Shown one piece after another: positions 35,894 to 38,221 of a DNA stretch of 38,221 nt. Each line of letters begins with the position of its first letter. Positions within the stretch are counted from its first letter, which is position 1. A program made the translations under genes and the position numbers. The notes under the pieces were generated by a model. That model had not been told where the DNA came from and searched no databases. It saw only the letters and a list, made by a program, of their open reading frames with translations. The stretch covers positions 1 to 38,221 of the forward strand of contig CAZNIV010000005.1 of the NCBI GenBank assembly GCA_964573235.1, written 5' to 3'. Origin of the DNA: an uncultured Gammaproteobacteria bacterium (GTDB taxonomy: Bacteria; Patescibacteriota; Patescibacteriia; 2-01-FULL-39-33).

Positions 35894-38221
35894 CTATTCT
35901 TGTGGCGAAGCAACTGGATCAGCCGGAGCAGATTCTGCCGGAGCTTCTGGGGTTGTCTCTGGCACCACGGGAGCTGGATCGATCACAACGACGGGATCGG
36001 GCTCAACTACTGGCTCAACAACAACTGGGGCCACTGGAGCCGGATCAGTGCTAGTTGTCACAACTGGATCGGTTGAAGTAGCTACAACAACTGGAGTGGT
36101 TGTAGTCTCTGCGGTGGTAGAGGTTTCTACTATTGGTGTAGTAACTACGGGAGTAACAACTGGCGCTGGGGATGAATTACCACATTCACCCGGGGTGGTA
36201 ATAGTTACACCACTCTTTATCTTTAAGCAATATGGCGCTTTAGTATCTTCGTCGTACATAGTAATGCCAGTCGGTTTATCAGCGGAACCAATGGTTAATC
36301 TTTCAACTACGATATTTTTTAAGTAAGCAATGCCATTTTCAATCTTAGCAATAAAAGAACCAATTTCTTTAAGAGCATTAACTACTGTAGCTAAAATTGG
36401 GCGATCCGATAAGGTTAGGTAACCAATAGAATTAGTAGCTACCGCTTCTGGAATAGCTAATTGAACATTCTGAGCAGAGAAACCGGTATAAGTAGAAGAG
36501 GCATCAAAGCCCGTTTCTGGCTTCCAATTATAATTGATCGGATTAACTTTTTGTAAATCAGCTAAGCCACGAGTAAAATTATTTTGAACGTCTTTTAATC
36601 TTTCATCGGAAGATACGGTTAAATTACCATTAGCATCACTAGTAACTGTACCCGAACCTAAAGAGGCCAAACGAACAGAACCAGCAACAGTTAATTGGGC
36701 CGATGGGGTAGAGGTACCAATGCCCAACCTACCCCCAAAGAATGATGACGTAGTAGTACCCAATACTGATAAGGCACCATCAGTACCGATACCACCTAAG
36801 CCCACTATTAAAGCATTATTAACAAATAAATCGGTACCTACGGAGATAGTTCTAGTTGTCTGAATATTGTCTGATTTTAGAATGCCCGCGTACAAAGAAC
36901 CAATTTCTGCGCCCTGTAAGTCATAAACGGAAACGGTCGAATAAATATCTCCCACATATAAATAACGCCCAGAACCCACACACCAAGTGCGATAACCCCC
37001 AATGGTTACCCTTGGCAATATTTCTGTTGGAGCGCTTGGATTAGTAATATCCATGATAGACATATCATTACCGTGAGTATTAAGAATATAAGCATAATGA
37101 CCAACTACATAGAAAGTTTCTGGATAATTACCCGCTGAAATGCTTGATAACAAAACCGGATTAGTTGGATCAGTCACATTAATAACAGAAAAACTATTGG
37201 AATTTCTACCAATCGTATATAAATAACCATCAGAAATAGTGCTCCTAAACTGATCTGCGGCCAATCCACTAGTAATGGATCCGACTATATTGGCATTAAT
37301 AGGATCGATAATGTCCAAAACATACAAAAAGCCTGGGGCAAGACTGGCGCCACTGACATAGGCATATCTACCCTTTACTGATAACCAGTTAGGCGTACTA
37401 GCAAACGTTATGGTTTTAATTATTTGCATAGAAGTGGGATTGGAAATATCCACAATTTTTAAATCATTGCCAGATAAAGCATATAAATATCTACCATTAA
37501 CCACAATTGGATTAGCATTGGCAAGAGATGTCATAGAAACAATTGTTGGATTTTTTGGATTAGATACATCAATCGAATAAACACTGGAAGGGCTACCAAC
37601 AAAAGCATATCGACCAGAAATCGCCAACGAATAAGCACTGACGCCCAAGTCAATTGAACCTATTAAAACCGGCTTAGTAGAGCTAGAGATATCAGAAACT
37701 CTAAAGCCACCATCATAGCCAATAGTGTATAAATAATTACCCACCGTCTGCATACCATAAACAAAACCTCCACCAATATTGGTTGAGCCGGCTAATACCG
37801 GGAGATTAGTTGATGAAGGCAATCCGGTAGTAAAACGACCGGTGACACTCAGTCGTTGAACGGTTTCATTAGTACCGCCAAGCGCTGTCGCCCACCGAGT
37901 ACCCGTTGCCGTGGACTGCAAAAACTGACCAACGGTTCCCGTAGCATAAGTAGAATCAAACAATGAACCCGTTAAATACATATTGCCAGCAACAGCAAGT
38001 TTTTGAGAAGGAGTAGAGGTACCAATACCAACATTATTTAATAAATCAATTGTTAATGCGGGAACAGCCGAAGATGTACTACTAACGCCAAACATTATTT
38101 TCTGAGTACTTGTCGCTCTAAAAATCGTATCACCAGCAATACTCCCAGAAAGGATTGACCCTGCTCCAGAAGCTAAGCCAAAAATTAATTTTTCGGACAG
38201 ATCTTGAGAAAGTCCAATAAG
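35894..38221 (-). CDS. Large secreted/surface protein with LVIVD-like beta-propeller repeats and a Pro/Thr/Val-rich C-terminal tail. N-terminus lies outside the window.
   Basis: The ORF stays open in frame through the window end (42 further sense codons upstream of the tracked Met). Repeated units such as RYAFVGS...VYSIDVSNP, RYLYAL...LKIVDISNP and GYLYTIG. The C-terminal low-complexity PAPVVTPVVTTPIVETSTT...EPVVEPDPVV is encoded by repetitive DNA at 35900-36200. Confidence 0.65.
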   Translation of the reverse strand, partial: LIGLSQDLSEKLIFGLASGAGSILSGSIAGDTIFRATSTQKIMFGVSSTSSAVPALTIDLLNNVGIGTSTPSQKLAVAGNMYLTGSLFDSTYATGTVGQFLQSTATGTRWATALGGTNETVQRLSVTGRFTTGLPSSTNLPVLAGSTNIGGGFVYGMQTVGNYLYTIGYDGGFRVSDISSSTKPVLIGSIDLGVSAYSLAISGRYAFVGSPSSVYSIDVSNPKNPTIVSMTSLANANPIVVNGRYLYALSGNDLKIVDISNPTSMQIIKTITFASTPNWLSVKGRYAYVSGASLAPGFLYVLDIIDPINANIVGSITSGLAADQFRSTISDGYLYTIGRNSNSFSVINVTDPTNPVLLSSISAGNYPETFYVVGHYAYILNTHGNDMSIMDITNPSAPTEILPRVTIGGYRTWCVGSGRYLYVGDIYSTVSVYDLQGAEIGSLYAGILKSDNIQTTRTISVGTDLFVNNALIVGLGGIGTDGALSVLGTTTSSFFGGRLGIGTSTPSAQLTVAGSVRLASLGSGTVTSDANGNLTVSSDERLKDVQNNFTRGLADLQKVNPINYNWKPETGFDASSTYTGFSAQNVQLAIPEAVATNSIGYLTLSDRPILATVVNALKEIGSFIAKIENGIAYLKNIVVERLTIGSADKPTGITMYDEDTKAPYCLKIKSGVTITTPGECGNSSPAPVVTPVVTTPIVETSTTAETTTTPVVVATSTDPVVTTSTDPAPVAPVVVEPVVEPDPVVVIDPAPVVPETTPEAPAESAPADPVASPQE

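Overview
This 38.2-kb window looks like chromosome from an AT-rich (about 35-38% GC), probably reduced-genome bacterium. By inference only, the archaeal-type ProRS, an N-terminally truncated ThrRS and a large LVIVD-like surface protein with a Pro/Thr/Val-rich tail are reminiscent of CPR/Parcubacteria-like lineages. Most genes are on the minus strand. The backbone carries housekeeping genes: a Mur ligase fragment, ruvA, a U32 peptidase, Nif3, six aminoacyl-tRNA synthetases (ileS, argS, thrS, proS-trpS-lysS), two two-component systems, an ABC exporter and a secreted S1 protease. Two T-box-like leaders can be read directly, upstream of thrS and of ileS, with an Ile AUC specifier for ileS. Two compositionally foreign inserts stand out. 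The first is a roughly 5.4-kb GC-rich island (~5870-11280, about 50-55% GC) with E. coli-like promoters and Shine-Dalgarno sites. It encodes an excisionase-like HTH protein plus an overlapping small membrane protein, an SPFH/flotillin-like membrane protein, a 559-aa highly acidic protein built from about 13 tandem 31-residue repeats that each carry a conserved Cys, and a convergent 219-aa unknown protein. The second is a compact cassette (~24730-26420, moderately GC-enriched) that encodes a radical-SAM/SPASM enzyme with an N-terminal RRE-like extension and an immediately downstream 31-aa Lys-rich single-Cys peptide. The cassette has its own TTGACA/TAGAAT promoter, strong RBSs and a terminator, and is a candidate uncharacterised RiPP-like system. 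Next to it lie an HExxH protein and a DUF362-histidine kinase (7TM-GAF)-response regulator operon. No rRNA, tRNA or CRISPR array was found. Every call below comes from reading the sequence and ORF translations. No database search was run.
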